A stretch of 64,000 nucleotides of DNA from an uncultured delta proteobacterium (GCA_963845145.1 CAWJQU010000005.1:864001-928000), one strand, 5' to 3'; numbered from the stretch's first letter, positions 18,860-31,074 are shown. A program made the numbers and translations. Notes: generated by a model from the letters alone, not told the origin.

Positions 18860-20994
18860 ATGATTAAATTCAACATACTGGCAAGAAGCGCATTTCCGCG
18901 CCGGGTGGCTGTGTTTGCTGCCTTGATGGGTGTTTTTCTGGCAGCGGGTATTTTCTTTCAGCCTATTTCCATCGCTGCCATAGGCGCGGAAGGCACTGAC
19001 ATTAAAAAAGAGATTCCCGTAAGCACCGAACCCCGTATTGTTGCTGCAATGAAGACCAGTATGTATGATCAGGTTGCCGATGATGAAGATATCGACATCA
19101 TGGCAAAATGGATTGGCGACGGCGCAAAAAACGACGAGTTTTTCAATAAGAAAGTTTACAAAATCTTAAAAAACGATTGCGTCAATTGTCATAGCACAGC
19201 GTCTACCATGACGAGAAAGGCACCCCATATACCTTTTGCTTCATATGAGGATGTTAAAAAGTTCACCAAAGTAGGACCGACGGATGCCAGCTGCCTTGAG
19301 TGCCATGGAAATCCAGTATTACAAAAACCACCTGATGAAAAATTAAAAGCGCTATTTATTGACCAGACAAAATTCGAAATGACGGTTCATCAAAAGCTAC
19401 CCTGTATCAGATGTCACGTGGTCCTGCACCCGGAAACCGAAAAAGTTTACCAGGACACAAAAACGTTTGAAGCCTACGTGTTAAGGGGAGAAAGAGCCGC
19501 TGAGCCCGATAGCTCACAGATTTTCAAACCCAATTGCGCAAACTGCCATCCCAAAGAGGGCCAAAAACTTGCAGAAAGTTCCCATTCAGCTAAAAAATTA
19601 GAACTGAAATTAGCTCAATCTGACCAAAGTGCCCAGATGGTTGGAAAAAACCAGAAAGAACTAAAAGCGCCACAATGTAACAGTTGCCATGGATCCGAGC
19701 AGCATTATATCACGGACACAAAACTGAACCAGACAAAATTCGACGTCGTTAATCGATGCGGAGAATGTCATGCGAAGTTGACCAAGACCTATTTTGCAAG
19801 TTATCATGGAAAGGCTGCAAAATTAGGGGGCGAAAAAGTTGCCAAGTGCGTAAATTGTCATGGCTCCCATGACCTTTTATCACCCTCGATCCCGGCATCA
19901 ATGCTGTCTGATAAAAATATCCTAAAAACATGTCAGGAATGTCACCCAAAGGCCAATAAGAGTTTTACCGGGTTTTTACCCCATGCCGACAACCAGGATA
20001 GAGAAAATAATCCACTTTTATTTTATTCATTCTGGATTATGACCCTTCTCATCGTTATGACATTTGCGCTGTTCGGCACACATTCGTTTTTATGGTTGAA
20101 CCGATCAATGATCGAAAGATTCAGCGCCCGGAAAAACAGAGAAAAAATGGGTGTACCAGATGACACCTCAAATCGTCACATCAGAAGATTCAGTCCCTCC
20201 CATTCGATATTGCATCTGATGATTATGGTCTCTTTTTTAACCCTGGCGTTAAGGGAATGGCACTGAAATTTGCTGACAACCCCATGTTTTCATTTGTCAA
20301 CCAAATGGTCGGCGGGCCGGCTGTAATGGGGAAAATACATATGGTAGGTGCCCTTATTGCATTGCTGTATATCAGCATACATCTATTTCAGGTTGCCGTC
20401 CTTTTTATAAAACGAAAGATCAGCTTTAAAGGTTTATTCAAAAAAGAATACTCCTTAATATTGTTACCTCGCGATTTTAAAGAGTTGAAATCAAATCTCT
20501 TATATTTTGTGGGCAAAGGTCCAAAGCCCGAGTTCGGTCGTTGGACCTATTGGGAGAAATTCGATTATCTGGCTGAACTCTGGGGCACAATTATTGTGGG
20601 TGTCACAGGTTTGATGCTCGCCTTTCCTGAATTCACCACCCAGTTCCTACCAGGCGTGGCGTTAAACATTGCCACTATCATCCATAGCTTTGAGGCGCTT
20701 TTGGCAACAGCATTTATTTTTTCCATCCATTTTTTCAACTCTCATATGCGCCCAGAGATTTACCCGATGGACACCGTTATTTTTACTCAGCGGCTTCCCC
20801 TTTCCCGATTCAAGGAAGAAAGACCGAGAGAATATCAGGAGATGGTCAATAAGGGAGACCTGGAGAAATATTTAGCCGACCCGCCAAGCAAATGGTATTC
20901 CATAGTAGTCCATATCGTGGGTGGGCTCTTTTTGGCCATCGGGATCGTCTCGCTCGTAGCCATCGTATATTCTTTGTTAAGGCTTGTTTTCTAA
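18860..20994 (+). pseudogene. CbcL-like multiheme cytochrome c / cytochrome b fusion split by a one-base deletion (or sequencing error)
   Basis: 8 CxxCH in 18860..20266. SFLTLAL(T)GMALKF is restored by adding one base near 20251. The b-domain has FGRWTYWEKFDY and conserved His residues. Confidence 0.78.
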
Positions 20995-21229
20995 ATGATG
21001 GGGCTACAAAGGACCACTACACCTTAGATAAATTAAACCCCCGGTTGAGCCGTTCGGTGGATTATGGGTGGTTTCCCCTGTATCACAGTTACGCCTATTA
21101 CATGAACGAATGAAAAAGGGCTTTTCCCGAGTCCCAGGGTAATTCTTACGTGTTTTTGTGCAACAAGAACAATCAGATCACGGGGACCCAGACCGTACAC
21201 ATGAGTCAGATCTCAATTTGCGACTCAAA

Positions 21230-22624
21230 CTATTTTGCCTCCAAGCCATAATTTTTCAACTTATTATGCAGGGTCTTGCGGGTGATTCCCAGACGCCGGG
21301 AGGCTTCCGCTTTGTTTCCTTTACTGGCTTTTAACGCAGCCTATATAGCTTCCTTCTCAATATCGTCCAGCGAGTGCTTGCCGTCCATGATCGGGGTCGT
21401 AATGAGGGGCGTAGTGGCCATATCGGGATATTTTTCGGTGATATTTAAGGGCAACTGATTTTCGGAAATATGCTCGCCAGTCAACAGAATTACCGCTCGC
21501 TCGATCGCATTTTCCAATTCCCGGACATTCCCGGGCCAATCATAATTGACCAGCATGTCCATGGCCAAAGGAACGAACCCTTTAACTGTCTTGCGATTTT
21601 TTTCCGCAAATTTTTCCAGGAAATGCTGAGCCAACAAGGGGATATCCTCCCGTCGCTCCCGTAACGGGGGCACATGCAGCGGCATCACATTGAGCCGATA
21701 AAAGAGATCTTCACGAAAATGCCCCTCGGCCACATCTTTTTCCAGATCACGATTGGTCGCGGCAATGATACGCACATCCACCTGTATGGTATCATCCCCG
21801 CCAACGCGCTGGATTTCCCTTTCCTGAAGCACCCGCAACAATTTGGCCTGCATGGTGGAAGACGTTTCACCCACTTCGTCGAGAAAGATGGTGCCCTGAT
21901 CGGCCTGCAAGAAACGGCCCTCCCGGCGTTTGTCGGCGCCGGTGAAAGCCCCCTTTTCATGTCCGAAAAGCTCTGATTCAAGTAGTGTTTCGGTAATGGC
22001 CGCGCAATTGACGACCACCAGGGGCATCTTTTTGCGGTGGCTGTTATAGTGCAGTGACCGGGCAATCAACTCTTTACCAGTACCGCTTTCGCCGGTGATC
22101 AAGACGGTCGCCTCAGACGGTGCGACCATCGCAATCATATCAAGCAGCGCCTGCATCGGCGGGCTTCTGCCGATGATGTGGTCCACCGTATCAATTACCT
22201 GCAAGTGCTCTTTTAAAACCCTGTTTTCCTCTTTGAGTCCGGCGTGCTCGCAGGCCCGTTCAATCGACAGTTTTAAGACTTCAAAATCCAGCGGCTTGAT
22301 CAGATAATCGTATGCGCCTGATTTTAACGCTTCCACCGCTGTTCCCACGGATGAATAGGCGGTCATGATGATGACGGGGATCGTCGGATTGTAGGCCTTG
22401 ATCTTTTTGAGCGCTTCGATACCGCTCATGTTGGCCATGCGAACATCCATCAAGATGAGATCCAGCGGCCCGGATTTCACCCTATCAACTGCAATATCGC
22501 CATCGGCGGCGGTTTCAACGGCATAGCCCCAACTCCGAACGATGGTTTTCAACGAGACCAAATGGCCGGCATCGTCATCCACGATCAGGATTTTAGCCGT
22601 ATTCGCCGCATTCAGTAAGTTCAT
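21230..22624 (-). pseudogene. ZraR/NtrC-type sigma54-dependent response regulator with a premature amber codon before the Fis-HTH
   Basis: [40 protein letters not shown](21341-21343)-AALKASKGNKAEASRRLGITRKTLHNKL continues in frame to 21230. Confidence 0.85.
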
Positions 22625-24416
22625 CGCTTTTCCTTTTTATCTTGGGCCTGCTGGCAGGGAAGGACTAACTTAAATCGAGTACCCTGGCCCTGTGTACTGG
22701 TTACCTCGACGAGCCCGTGATGCGCCCCGATAATTTTGTGGACAATCGCCAGACCCAACCCCGTGCCCTTATTCTTAGTGGTAAAGTAGGGGTCGAAAAT
22801 CTTATCCAGCTGATCAGAGGCAATACCCGTCCCGGTGTCACCCACCATAATCACGACATCCCCGGCTTCGCCGACAGCACTTGTTATGGTCAGAATCCCC
22901 CCATCCTCCATGGCCTGAATGGCATTCAAATACAGATTGAGCAGGCACTGAGTCAGGCGGTCGGGATCGATCCAGACCGGACAAATACTATCGTCTGTAG
23001 TGACCTTGATCTCCACGTTTTGATTGGCTGCGTCTTGCTGGATCAACTGAACCGACCGAGATATCAAAAGCCCGATATCACCGGTTTTCCGTTTTAAATC
23101 TGTGGGTCGCGAGAATTCCAGCAATTCGGTGATGACCCGGTTGAGTCGATCCACCTCTTGTACCATGACCTTGGCCGCCTCATTAGATTCGCTGCCGTCG
23201 TCAAATTGCCCTGCAAAGTAAGTGGCCAGCGCCTTAATGGAGCTTAACGGGTTACGGACTTCGTGGGCGACACCGGCCGCTAACCCTCCCATGGCGGCCA
23301 GTTTTTCCTGCCTGCGGACTTCGCTCTGCAAGCGTCGAATCTCACTTAAATCCCTCAAAATCAGGATCTGCCCAACAAACGCCCCGTCTTCATTGGTAAT
23401 GCGGGTGGCACTGATGCTGACCGGAATCTGTTTAATGCCATCGAAGGTACATTCCATTTCCCTCTCGTTAATTGTTTCCCCTTGTTCGAGTTTTTTTTGT
23501 ATCCCGCACAAATCAGCCGGTAATCGTTCATCCGGGTTTTTATTTAATATGCGATGCGTCTCCACACCGGTGATTTTCTCAGCCGAGGCATTGAAAAAAG
23601 TGACCCGGCCGGAGCGATCGGTGGCGATCAACCCCACGGGCAGATGGCTCACCACCTCATCGGCAAAGGCGCTGGTATCCTGCAGGGATCGTTTGGTACT
23701 GCGATAGCTGTACATCCAAAATAGCGAGACGAATCCACCGAAACCGAGAAGCAGCATCACCACGGACAGCAAGATCGTGGTGCGAATATCGCTTCGAATC
23801 GCCTCTTCAAAGGGCGTCACGTCCAGGCCGATAATGATCAACAGTTTTTGACGCTTCTCCATTGAAAACCAGTCGTCGGGTGACGGCGATCGCATTTGAT
23901 GCCGCCGCCTCATCATTTGCATATGGCTGGAATTCTTCCTCCCACCGAATGTCAGCGGGCGAAAATGGCGATGAACCTCAAATATCCGTTGCCCATATTA
24001 ATGGTGACCAATTCCCAGTTTTCCTGTTCACCCGGCCCGAGATGTATGATTTTTCGTTCCCGATCAAACGGAACGCCGATTTTGGTTGGGTCACTGTGAG
24101 CGACAGATCTGCCGGCCTCGTCGAGCACGGCCATGTATCGAACATCCTGAAGTCGCGCTGTTTCCTCGATGAGCCGCTGGATCTGCTGTCCCCCCCACAT
24201 CATCCCCATCATTCCGGTTCGGGCACCCGCTTCCACAGCCCGAATCAACGCCGCGCCTTTGGCACTCAACAGGTCCGACATATAACGCCGTTCCCGGTTG
24301 GTGTTTTGAAATGCCAGTACCAAGACAACAATCAGCAAAATAGCCGTTGACCCCAGAATGATCCACGGCGATGTTTGCAAACCAGTGCGCAGGGCGGTTT
24401 TGGATTTAGACGCCAT
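22621..24416 (-). pseudogene. ZraS-like PAS sensor histidine kinase, frameshifted
   Basis: ALIRAVEAGARTGMM N-terminus. The frame switches near 23996 into GQRIFEVHRHFRPL. H-box AHEVRNPLSSIK. Confidence 0.8.
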
Positions 24417-24570
24417 AAATCTCCTTCTCTTACCAATGAAGCCATCACTTCATGGGTAACTCGGTATCGGTATTCCACACAGTGGTGTATAAAATATAAC
24501 CACGTCTTAATGCAAAACCAACGATAGCGGGTAAAAATTATACATATTAAGCGTGATCACCCATTAATAT

Positions 24571-24585
24571 GCCAATTTAATGCCA
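24571..24585 (-). promoter_or_regulatory. Possible sigma54 -24/-12 promoter upstream of the zraS-like gene
   Basis: Minus strand TGGCAT-TAAAT-TGGC: GG/GC spacing is correct, with a mismatch in the -12 box. Confidence 0.35.
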
Positions 24586-24896
24586 ATACTGAGTATAGCT
24601 GGATAGAGGTTAACTGAATAAGTTAGCCACATTTTTAACATCCGCTGGAACAACGACAATATTACAGCCGGATATCGGGAGGGAGCTTAGATGAAAAAAG
24701 GTATAATGCTGGTGTCATTTGATGGGGGTTATTTAAGCTACCCATTACCATAAACCGATCGGTAGGACGTTTTGAAACAGGCTCGAGAGATTTGGCCTTT
24801 TGCCCCACCGCTTCCAACGCGCAGGCGGTGGGACACACAAACAGGCCTTAAAAGAGACCCAGCGTACTGGGTATAAATGGATCGGTTAGGCTCAGA

Positions 24897-26828
24897 TTAT
24901 CCGCCCATCGCACCTGACATCAATTCGCCCACCTGCTGGGAAAAGCGGGAAGGATTGTCGATTTTGCCACCTTCGCCGATGATGGCCAGATCGAGCAGCA
25001 ACTCGCTGTATTCCTTGAGCTTGGGGTCTTTACGATCGGCTTCAAAGCGGGCTTTGATTTGGGCCATCACAGGATGTTCGATGTTTAGCTCCAGCACACG
25101 CTTGGCCTCGGGAGGGGTTTGTCCTGAAGCCTTTAAAATCTTTTCCATATAAGCGCTCATATCGTGGTCTTCCCCGGATAGACAGGCAATGGAACTTTTC
25201 AGGCGGGAAGAGGGTTTCACCTCCTTGACCTTGTCGTTCAGCTGGGATTTGATAAACCCAAAGAGCACATTGTACTCATCTGTTTTCTTTTCATCGGGTT
25301 CATCCAAACCCAGATCGCCTTTCTCGGCGCTTTTTAAGGATTTGCCATCATATTCGGTCAGCGACTGGATCACCCACTCATCCACCGGGTCCGCCATGAG
25401 CAGGACTTCGTAGTCTTTCTCCTTTAATTTTTCCAGATGCGGGCTGTTGATCAAAGCGGTGAGGTTTTCACCGGTAATATAAAAAATCTCTTTTTGGTCG
25501 GCCTGCATACGGTCGGTGTATTCCTTGAGAGAAATCGCTTTGTCTTCGGACTTCGTGGTTTTGTATCGCACCAGTTCGGCAATTTTTTTGCGATTATCGG
25601 TATCGATATGAACACCCCATTTCAAGGCCGAACCGAACTCCCCGTAAAATTTTTCATAATCTTCGGCCTTCATGTCCGCCAAAAGCTCAAGCAGCTTTTT
25701 CACCAGATTACGACGAATATTATTTACCAGTCGATCATGCTGAAGCAATTCGCGACTGATATTCAAGTTCAAATCCGGGGCATCCACGATCCCTTTAATG
25801 AAGCTCAAATATTCAGGCAGCAACGCTTCACAATTATCCATGATAAAAACCCGCTTGCAGTAAAGGTGCACGCCGTGCTTGCGGTCCGGCTGAAACATGT
25901 CAAAGGGCGCCTTGGAAGGAAGGTAGAGCAGGGCACTATATTCAGTGGTGCCTTCGAATTTCATGTGCAGCCGATCCAAGGGCGGATTCCAGTCATGGCT
26001 TAAGTGTTTGTAAAATTCTTCATATTCTTCATCGGTGACATCTTTTTTGTCCCGCGCCCAGATAGCCTTCATGGAGTTCAAGGTTTCTTCCTGAATGACC
26101 TTGCGGGTGGTTTCGCCAATGGGCTTGTCGTCTTTATCTTTGAGCTGCTGCTCCTCGGGAATCGGTTCGTCGTTTTCCACATCCATGACAATTGGATAGC
26201 CGACAAAATCAGAGTGCTTTTTGATGATTCCCCGAATTACCCACTGGTCGGTATAGTCGGACTCCTCTTTGGCCGGTTTTTTCAACGTTAGGATAATGTC
26301 GGTTCCCCGGCTCTCCTTGGTGGTTTCTTCAATGGTATAAGACCCGTCCCCCAATGATTCCCAGAGAACGGCTTTATCGCTTTGGGCAGACCGGGTCACC
26401 AGGGAGATTTTTTCCGCCACCATAAAAGCACTGTAAAAACCAACACCGAATTGCCCAATCAGCTCCGGCGTCAGGGTTTCCATCTGCTTGGATTGTTCCA
26501 ATGCGTCTATAAACGCCGCCGTCCCGCTTTTGGCGATAGTGCCGATATTTTCCAGCACCTCATCGTAGGTCATCCCAATGCCATTGTCGGAAATCGTCAA
26601 CGTTTGCTTGATCCCATCCGGGATGATTTTGATTTTAAATTCGCTATCATCGCCTAGAATATCCGGCTCGGTTTGGGACTTGAACCGAAGCTTGTCAATG
26701 GCGTCGGACGCATTGGAAATCAGCTCCCTTAGAAAAATATCCTTGTGAGTGTAAAGCGAATTGACGATCAGATTCAGTAGCTGCTGAATTTCGGTTTCAA
26801 ACTGACGGGTCTCTTTTTTAGCTGCCAT
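24897..26828 (-). CDS. htpG: Hsp90 chaperone HtpG
   Basis: [39 protein letters not shown]. Confidence 0.97.
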   Translation of the reverse strand: MAAKKETRQFETEIQQLLNLIVNSLYTHKDIFLRELISNASDAIDKLRFKSQTEPDILGDDSEFKIKIIPDGIKQTLTISDNGIGMTYDEVLENIGTIAKSGTAAFIDALEQSKQMETLTPELIGQFGVGFYSAFMVAEKISLVTRSAQSDKAVLWESLGDGSYTIEETTKESRGTDIILTLKKPAKEESDYTDQWVIRGIIKKHSDFVGYPIVMDVENDEPIPEEQQLKDKDDKPIGETTRKVIQEETLNSMKAIWARDKKDVTDEEYEEFYKHLSHDWNPPLDRLHMKFEGTTEYSALLYLPSKAPFDMFQPDRKHGVHLYCKRVFIMDNCEALLPEYLSFIKGIVDAPDLNLNISRELLQHDRLVNNIRRNLVKKLLELLADMKAEDYEKFYGEFGSALKWGVHIDTDNRKKIAELVRYKTTKSEDKAISLKEYTDRMQADQKEIFYITGENLTALINSPHLEKLKEKDYEVLLMADPVDEWVIQSLTEYDGKSLKSAEKGDLGLDEPDEKKTDEYNVLFGFIKSQLNDKVKEVKPSSRLKSSIACLSGEDHDMSAYMEKILKASGQTPPEAKRVLELNIEHPVMAQIKARFEADRKDPKLKEYSELLLDLAIIGEGGKIDNPSRFSQQVGELMSGAMGG

Positions 26829-26921
26829 TGGTACTCCTAAAATTTTACGTCCATTGATCAAATGTTTGCCGAATGGATACCCACACCCATTGTCCGGCTA
26901 TTCTTCCCATTGAGTTGGAAA

Positions 26922-26950
26922 AATATAATTAGCGCCCATGGAAGTGTCAA
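26922..26950 (-). promoter_or_regulatory. Promoter for htpG (sigma70/sigma32-like)
   Basis: Minus strand TTGACA-N17-TATATT. Confidence 0.55.
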
Positions 26951-27090
26951 GGTGGGCAGAGTATCGGACGCTCACACAATAACCCCCCGAAACATATTTA
27001 TATTCATGTTAATGATCAACGAGGCGAACGATGCGGCAAAAAACCCCACCACAATGTGGCACATAAGGTTCCGGATTAATAAAAAAATGC

Positions 27091-27117
27091 TAAAGCAATC
27101 CTGTTTGTGGTCGATAT
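27091..27117 (+). promoter_or_regulatory. sigma28 (FliA)-type promoter
   Basis: TAAA-N15-GTCGATAT versus consensus TAAA-N15-GCCGATAA. Confidence 0.65.
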
Positions 27118-27197
27118 ACAAGTAAGAAGACAGGATGCGAACGGTTTTGCATCTAACACAAATTTTTAAACGTAGTTACCAACTTTGGAGGCTTAAG

Positions 27198-28091
27198 ATG
27201 AAAAAATGGGCAGTGGCAATCAGTATCATTATGTTTTTATTCAGCGTCAATACCTGGGCAGCAGACACTTATAAAATCGGCGTCCTTGCCAAGCGCGGCC
27301 CGGTTAAAGCACTAAAACAGTGGAAAGCAACCGGCGATTATCTGTCAGCCAAAATATCGGGAAAAACGTTTGAGATCGTGCCCCTCGATTTTGATGCGGT
27401 CAATCCGGCCATTGAAAAAGGCGAGGTGGACTTTTTCCTGGTTAATTCATCCATGTTTGTAACCGCTCAGGTTAAATATGGTGCAGCCGCCATTGCCACC
27501 ATGGTCAACTCCCGTCAGGGACAGCCTTTAAAATCTTTTGGTGGTGTTGTTCTGACGTTAGCGGAAAACGAAGACATCAATACCATCGCCGATTTGAAGG
27601 GACGAACGTTTATGGCGGTAAAAGCGTCTTCTTTTGGCGGATGGCAAATGGCCTATAAGGAAATTCTGGATGCGGGAGTGAATCCAAAATCAGATTTCGC
27701 CAGCCTCGAATTTGGCGGCAAACACGATAATGTCGTGCTTGCCATCCAGAATGGCGCTGTTGACGCCGGAACCGTGCGCACCGATACGCTTGAGCGAATG
27801 GCGGCGGAAGGCAGCATTGATATGGAAGAATTCAAAATTATCGGGCTACAAAAACATACCGGTTTTCCATTTGTTTGCAGTACGGCGCTTTACCCCGAAT
27901 GGCCCCTGGGTAAAGTCAGTGCGACGCCTGATGATGTCGCCAAAGCCGTTGTCGATGCCCTCAAAGCGATGACACCCGAAGATTCTGCGGCCAAAAACGC
28001 CAAGGTCGTCGGCTGGACCGATGCCCTCGACTATGGACCCGTGCAAGTTCTCCAACAATCGCTTAGTGTTGGGGCTTACGCGTCCTTATAG
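27198..28091 (+). CDS. Stand-alone periplasmic PhnD/phosphonate-binding-fold protein, TtrS-sensor-domain-like
   Basis: Signal peptide; IGVLAKRG...W, SFGGW and STALYPEWP motifs; GGAGG RBS. Confidence 0.8.
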   Translation: MKKWAVAISIIMFLFSVNTWAADTYKIGVLAKRGPVKALKQWKATGDYLSAKISGKTFEIVPLDFDAVNPAIEKGEVDFFLVNSSMFVTAQVKYGAAAIATMVNSRQGQPLKSFGGVVLTLAENEDINTIADLKGRTFMAVKASSFGGWQMAYKEILDAGVNPKSDFASLEFGGKHDNVVLAIQNGAVDAGTVRTDTLERMAAEGSIDMEEFKIIGLQKHTGFPFVCSTALYPEWPLGKVSATPDDVAKAVVDALKAMTPEDSAAKNAKVVGWTDALDYGPVQVLQQSLSVGAYASL

Positions 28092-28275
28092 CCAATTTAA
28101 ACCGATTCCCCCAGCCTTGCGCCGATAGGATGTGTAAGGCAGGGGAAATCACCCGAATCAACCCAAAGATGAAAAAGAATATCCGGTATTATTTTTTCCA
28201 CCGGGGCAAGAATATAGGCACATAATTTAAAAAAGCGTTTACAAGATTGGATTTTACCTCGAAAGGGTTTCTCAA

Positions 28276-30222
28276 ATGAAACGTAAATTTCGCGCAAGTC
28301 TTCGTCAAAGGCTATTGGTTCCCATCATTTTAATAATGGTTGTCTGCGTCTCCGGGTTATTCCTGACCATTGTATCCGTACAAAACGGCCAGTTGAATAA
28401 GTTAAGTGACTCCGTACGATCCGCCCTTGATACCACCAACCGAATCGCCAATGAAAATTATGCCCAGCTGGAACAAGATGTGACGGTTTATTTGGAGAAA
28501 ATGAATGGAACCCTGAATACATCCATTGCAGAAACGACACGCGGGTCTTTGGAAGAGGAAAAATCCAAGCTGGAAACAGAATTTAATGCCGCTTTGCAAC
28601 AAAATGCCGAGTCTTTGGCCGGTTTATTGGTGCAAGTCGCTCCAGCGGCTATTTTGGCCAATAATTTTATAGATTTAATTGGTTACGCCAAGTCAGCGAC
28701 CCAGAATGCAGACATCGTTTACGCCATCTACATAAAACCCGACGGAAAACCGCTTACGCGTTATCTGGATCGCCAATCAAAACTTATCCAGAAATACCTT
28801 AAAACCGGTAAGGAGAAAAACAAGGCCTTGCGGGTTATCGCCGCATCAAAAGGCGACGACAACGTGTTATTAGTGGAAAAACCGATATTATTTGAAGGTA
28901 AAGACCTTGGTAAAGTATTTGTTTGTGTGGACAAAGCTTCGGCCCGGGAAAAAATCGCAGCTCTGTCCGAACGCTTTGGTTGGTTGATCAATGCCAATGC
29001 GGACAAAGGTAAAACAATCATACAAGAGGAATCCGCCAAATTAAGCCAACGCATCGATGAAAAGTTAAATAATGTGAGTAGCCAGAGCTTGGCTTCAATA
29101 AACGACATTACAAAAACCTTGCAAACGGCCTCAAACAGCGTGCGCTCAAAAACTCAGGGAATTGCCCTTCTGGCTGCCCTTATATCGGGTATCGTCGTGG
29201 CAGTGCTCCTTTTTATCATTTTGTCACGGATTGCCAAATCCATTGGTCGGATTACGACGGATCTGGACCAAAGGTCCGACAATATTACCGCCGCTTCAGA
29301 GCAAGTGGCCTCGGCCAGCCGCCAATTGGCGGAAGGGGCATCCGAGCAGGCGGCTTCCATTGAGGAAACCTCGTCATCGTTGGAAGAGATGGATTCCATG
29401 ACCCGCCAGAATGCAGACAATGCCGGCCAGGCGAATCACGTGATGCAGGAAACAACCCAGGTGGTCTCCGAAGCCAACCGCTCTATGGAGGAACTGACCA
29501 CATCCATGGCCGAGATCTCTGAAGCCAGTACCGAGACATCTAAAATAATTAAAACCATTGACGAGATTGCTTTCCAGACCAATTTATTGGCGCTAAACGC
29601 CGCCGTAGAAGCTGCCCGGGCCGGTGAAGCCGGAGCGGGTTTTGCCGTTGTGGCGGACGAAGTCAGGAACTTAGCGATTCGCGCTGCCGATGCGGCCAAA
29701 AACACCGCCGAATTAATCGACGTCACCGTTTCGAAAGTAGATACCGGGAAAGGGCTTGTCTCGCAATGTAACGCGTCTTTTGGCCAGGTCGCCCAAAGTG
29801 CATCCAAAGTCAGCGAACTCGTCGCAGAGATTGCGGCGGCCTCAAAAGAACAGGCCCAGGGAATCGGCCAAGTCAACGCCGCGGTTACTGAAATGGACAA
29901 AGTGGTTCAACAGAACGCCTCCGGTGCCGAGGAAACCTCTTCGGCCTCCGAAGAGATGCGTATGCAGGCAGATGAGATGAAAGCCATGCTGGATGAGTTG
30001 GTCATCACGATAAATGGGAGTAAACATCGCCCCTTAATAGAAGAGACGCTCAAAGATGCTGATGAAGAAATCCGTCTTAATCAATCAGCATCCCAAAATC
30101 TATGGAAGCCACAACCCGAGCGGCAACCTGGGGAATGGTCACAACCACCGGCGAAAGAGGCTAGCCCGGTTCAGGTTATTCCCTTAGATGACGATGACCT
30201 TAACGAGTTGAATCTCCACTAG
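28276..30222 (+). CDS. Methyl-accepting chemotaxis protein
   Basis: Two TM helices around a large periplasmic domain; [34 protein letters not shown]. Confidence 0.95.
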   Translation: MKRKFRASLRQRLLVPIILIMVVCVSGLFLTIVSVQNGQLNKLSDSVRSALDTTNRIANENYAQLEQDVTVYLEKMNGTLNTSIAETTRGSLEEEKSKLETEFNAALQQNAESLAGLLVQVAPAAILANNFIDLIGYAKSATQNADIVYAIYIKPDGKPLTRYLDRQSKLIQKYLKTGKEKNKALRVIAASKGDDNVLLVEKPILFEGKDLGKVFVCVDKASAREKIAALSERFGWLINANADKGKTIIQEESAKLSQRIDEKLNNVSSQSLASINDITKTLQTASNSVRSKTQGIALLAALISGIVVAVLLFIILSRIAKSIGRITTDLDQRSDNITAASEQVASASRQLAEGASEQAASIEETSSSLEEMDSMTRQNADNAGQANHVMQETTQVVSEANRSMEELTTSMAEISEASTETSKIIKTIDEIAFQTNLLALNAAVEAARAGEAGAGFAVVADEVRNLAIRAADAAKNTAELIDVTVSKVDTGKGLVSQCNASFGQVAQSASKVSELVAEIAAASKEQAQGIGQVNAAVTEMDKVVQQNASGAEETSSASEEMRMQADEMKAMLDELVITINGSKHRPLIEETLKDADEEIRLNQSASQNLWKPQPERQPGEWSQPPAKEASPVQVIPLDDDDLNELNLH

Positions 30223-30279
30223 AGACACGTGGGGGGATTTTTTCTACCGACAGGCCAACAGATAAGTGATGAACACTAT

Positions 30280-31074
30280 TTAATCCTTATCTGCATAAAG
30301 CGTATTAAATAAAAGCGCCGCCATATCCACAATCCGCGGCCCCGTCCGGCAGGTCAGGGCGCAATCAAATTGGTATACCCGCTCGGACTGCACCGCTTTT
30401 AAAGTGTGCCACTTATTATCGCTGCAAAACCGGGCAACAAAACCGCGATCGGTACCACAGAAAAAAATCAGTTCCGGATCCCATCGGCAAAACTGGCCAA
30501 GGGTAACCTTGGGATAAGCTTCGCCCACCTCGCAGGTCACATTCAGGCCGCCTGCGCGAGCGATCACATCATATTGAAACGACCGCGGGCCGGCCACAAT
30601 AAGATGGTTCCCTTCAATATCGAGTACCCGGCAGACACGGGTGCGACTGTCGCCGGGAATCTGGCCGACTTTGGCATCCAGCCGGGATAGGCGCCGTTGC
30701 AGGGTCTCGACCAAAGCCCGGGCTGACGAGGCCACTTGTAATTTGTCTCCCAGCAGCAGCATTACTTCCAGCGATTCGTCCACCGTGGCCGGATTGACGA
30801 GGATTGTCGGAATACCCTCACGCTCCAGGGCGGATTTAACGTCAGCGTGGGCGGTGTCCAAACCGAGAACCAGATCGGGGGTCAAAGCCAACAATTTATC
30901 CATATCAGGCTCAAACCAGCATGATACATCGGGCTTTTCCAAGGCCTCATCCGGAAAATCACACGTATCGGTGACCCCCACCACACGACTGCCCGCACCG
31001 ATGGCAAACAGTGTTTCAGTTAACGCGGCCGTGAGGGATACAATTCGCTTAAATTCGACGCTGGGAAGCGACAT
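30280..31074 (-). CDS. BtuF-like (cobalamin/Fe-siderophore class) binding protein
   Basis: RIVSL....TE.LFAIGAG..VVGV...CDFP, L.PDLVL, R.GPR; no signal peptide evident. Confidence 0.8.
   Translation of the reverse strand: MSLPSVEFKRIVSLTAALTETLFAIGAGSRVVGVTDTCDFPDEALEKPDVSCWFEPDMDKLLALTPDLVLGLDTAHADVKSALEREGIPTILVNPATVDESLEVMLLLGDKLQVASSARALVETLQRRLSRLDAKVGQIPGDSRTRVCRVLDIEGNHLIVAGPRSFQYDVIARAGGLNVTCEVGEAYPKVTLGQFCRWDPELIFFCGTDRGFVARFCSDNKWHTLKAVQSERVYQFDCALTCRTGPRIVDMAALLFNTLYADKD

Noticed and set aside
14720..21343. Pyrrolysine or amber recoding to explain the two in-frame TAG codons
   Set aside because: One host gene is truncated at both ends, neighbouring genes have frameshifts, TAG is a normal stop elsewhere in the window, and no pyl genes are visible.
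24801..24835. REP/RAYT-type repeat family (CCCACCG...CGGTGGG, similar to 60701-60730)
   Set aside because: Only two dissimilar hairpins, both downstream of genes; simpler to read them as terminator-like stems.
26929..26950. CIRCE/HrcA operator upstream of htpG
   Set aside because: TTAGCGCCC-N4-AAGTGTCAA has mismatched arms and a 4-nt rather than 9-nt spacer; it is better explained as the promoter.
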